Below, piece by piece: positions 62,236 to 64,000 of a DNA stretch of 64,000 nt. The DNA is from Candidatus Eiseniibacteriota bacterium (GTDB taxonomy: Bacteria > Eisenbacteria > RBG-16-71-46): positions 224,001-288,000 of the forward strand of contig CAVQXP010000002.1 in the NCBI GenBank assembly GCA_963717935.1, given 5' to 3'. Position numbers and translations under genes: made by a program. Within the stretch, counting starts at the first letter, position 1. Every line of letters starts with the position of its first letter. The notes beneath the pieces were generated by a model that ran no database searches, was not told the DNA's origin, and worked only from the letters and a program-made list of their open reading frames with translations.

Positions 62236-63102
62236 TTGAGCGGGACGCTGCAGGCCGTCCGGCCCGTCCGCGCCCCGGGCGAGCCGCCGCTCTTCCTGCG
62301 CGAGTTGATCGACGCGGCTCCGCGGGGCGCGCGCGTCCTGGATGCCGGCTGCGGTCCGGGGTCGTGGCCGTACGGGGACAGGCCGGACCTCCGTATCACG
62401 GCCTTCGACATCAAGTTCCCGCCTGGACCTCCGGCGAGACGTGAAGGGCTGGACGTGCTGCGGGCCGGCCTCGAGCACCTGCCGCTGCGGGCCGGGCTGT
62501 TCGATCTCGTGGTCTGCCACTACGTGCTCGAACACGTCAGCGGCCTCGACGCCTGCTGCGACGAGCTCGCGCGCGTGACGAGGCCCGGGGGCACGCTCTA
62601 CGTCTCGGTGCCGCGCGCCGCGGCCTTCGACGACCGGCTCTACCGCTTCGCCGGGATCTTCGCCAAGTACGCGCTCCTGAAGTTCCACAAGCGTCTCGAG
62701 CACCAGCAGCGCTTCGACCTGCCCGGGCTGCTCGAGCTCTTCTGCAGGCGGGGCTTCGCCGTCACCGCACACGCGTCCGTGCCCGCCGGGTTCTCGTGGA
62801 TGAACGACCCCCGCACGAAGGGGCTGCAGGGCCCGTTCACCGACGCGCTCGCGTGGCTGCACCGCGTCCTCGGGATCGACCTCGCGCGCGACGCGAACTT
62901 CGTGCTCGCCTTCCGTCGGGACGCGGCGGCGGCCGCCGTTCCCGTCCCGCCCGGGGGTGGGGAGCTGTCGGGACGGCGCCGCGTGACGCACGTCTGCCGC
63001 GAGTGCGGCGAGCACGCGCTGATCGCCGCGCGCCCGCCGTGGCCGCCGCGCTGGGACTGCCCGTGGTGCGGCAGGCCCAATCCGTTCGGGCGGCCGCGGT
63101 GA
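62236..63102 (+). CDS. SAM-dependent methyltransferase with a C-terminal CxxC...CxxC zinc ribbon (start uncertain)
   Basis: Motifs VLDAGCGPG, FDLV...VLEHV and RPGG; tail CRECGE...WDCPWCG. Confidence 0.8.
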   Translation: MSGTLQAVRPVRAPGEPPLFLRELIDAAPRGARVLDAGCGPGSWPYGDRPDLRITAFDIKFPPGPPARREGLDVLRAGLEHLPLRAGLFDLVVCHYVLEHVSGLDACCDELARVTRPGGTLYVSVPRAAAFDDRLYRFAGIFAKYALLKFHKRLEHQQRFDLPGLLELFCRRGFAVTAHASVPAGFSWMNDPRTKGLQGPFTDALAWLHRVLGIDLARDANFVLAFRRDAAAAAVPVPPGGGELSGRRRVTHVCRECGEHALIAARPPWPPRWDCPWCGRPNPFGRPR

Positions 63103-63107
63103 CGCCC

Positions 63108-64000
63108 ATGCGCGAGGCGCTGAAGAAGCTCTCGGCCGAGTCGCTCATCTACGGGCTCGGCCAGGTGAGCGGGCGCGCGGTGCAGCTGCTGCTCGTGCCG
63201 GTGCTCACGCGCGTGCTGGCGCGCGGCGAGTACGGCGTCTCGGACTTGATCTTCGCCTACCTGCAGACCGCCGTGCTGGTGCTGGTCTTCGGCATGGACG
63301 GCGCGCTCGGGCGCTTCTTCTACCAGGAGCCGGACCGCGCGGCGCGCATCCGCATGGCCTCGACCTCGCTCGCCTTCCGGCTGGTGACCGGCACGCTCGT
63401 GGCGCTGCTGCTCGCGCTGTTCGCCACGCCGCTTTCGCGCGCGCTGGTGGGCTCCGACGTCTACCGCAAGTACCTGCTGCTGGGCGCGGCGACACTGCCC
63501 TTCACGCTGGTCGTGCTGTTCGCCAACGACCTGCTGCGCGTCACGTTCCAGCCGTGGAAGTTCATCGCCCTGAACCTGGCGCAGACCCTCCTCACCACGG
63601 GGCTCTCGCTCTGGCTCGTGCTGGCGAAGCACATGGGGGTCGCGGGCGTGCTCTACGGGCGGCTCGGGGGCGACGCGGCCTGCGCGCTGTTCGCGCTGGT
63701 GCTCGTCCGGCACACGATCGCGCCGCGCTTCAGCGCCGCGACGCTGCGCCGCATGCTCGGCTACGGCGCGCCGCTCGTGCCGGTGGCCATCGCCTACGGG
63801 GCGATCGCCTCCCTGGACCGCTACATGCTGCAGCGCACGAGGAGCCTCGAGGACGTGGCGGTCTACGGCGTGGCGATCAAGTTCTTCGCGCTGGTCACCA
63901 TGGCCGTGTCCGCCTTCCAGCTGGCGTACGGGCCCTTCGCCTTCGCGCGCGCGAGCTCGCCCGACGCCGGCCGGCTCTACGCGCGCGTGCTGGCCGCCTA
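63108..64000 (+). CDS. Wzx-like oligosaccharide flippase; runs off the right edge
   Basis: Manual translation MREALKKLSAESLIYGLGQ...LLLVPVLTR.L...EYG...GMD.AL.RF...LDRY.L; polytopic. Confidence 0.85.
   Translation, partial: MREALKKLSAESLIYGLGQVSGRAVQLLLVPVLTRVLARGEYGVSDLIFAYLQTAVLVLVFGMDGALGRFFYQEPDRAARIRMASTSLAFRLVTGTLVALLLALFATPLSRALVGSDVYRKYLLLGAATLPFTLVVLFANDLLRVTFQPWKFIALNLAQTLLTTGLSLWLVLAKHMGVAGVLYGRLGGDAACALFALVLVRHTIAPRFSAATLRRMLGYGAPLVPVAIAYGAIASLDRYMLQRTRSLEDVAVYGVAIKFFALVTMAVSAFQLAYGPFAFARASSPDAGRLYARVLAA

Overview
A GC-rich bacterial chromosomal window. The lineage is inferred, not shown: FlgD-Ig-tailed secreted proteins and a C-terminal TWGRIKTLYR motif suggest an FCB-type lineage such as Ca. 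Eisenbacteria. Housekeeping genes: partial LeuA-like synthase, yjbQ, apgM, tRNA-Leu-tig-clpP-clpX-lon, purA, serA-like/serC, tRNA-Lys, ychF, and an FMN riboswitch leading ribD-ribE-ribBA-ribH-nusB. Four accessory blocks stand out. (1) A complete IS110 element inserted at the lon stop codon (10575-12024); its core dinucleotide, donor junction, circle-junction promoter and bridge-RNA loops can be read from the sequence. (2) Five secreted proteins (14-24 kb) built from cohesin-like, dockerin-like and FlgD-Ig modules, with a near-identical 1-kb shared cassette and the scar of a deleted paralog. (3) A partly degenerate two-component signalling region (26-37 kb). (4) A long glycosylation locus (46-64 kb) with tandem DUF2723/TMEM260-like GT-C genes carrying complementary +1 frameshifts, next to a polyprenol-phosphate GT2, a flippase-like protein and HddA/HddC-like heptose genes. 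Several single-base frameshifts may be assembly errors. All domain calls come from motif recognition, not database searches.
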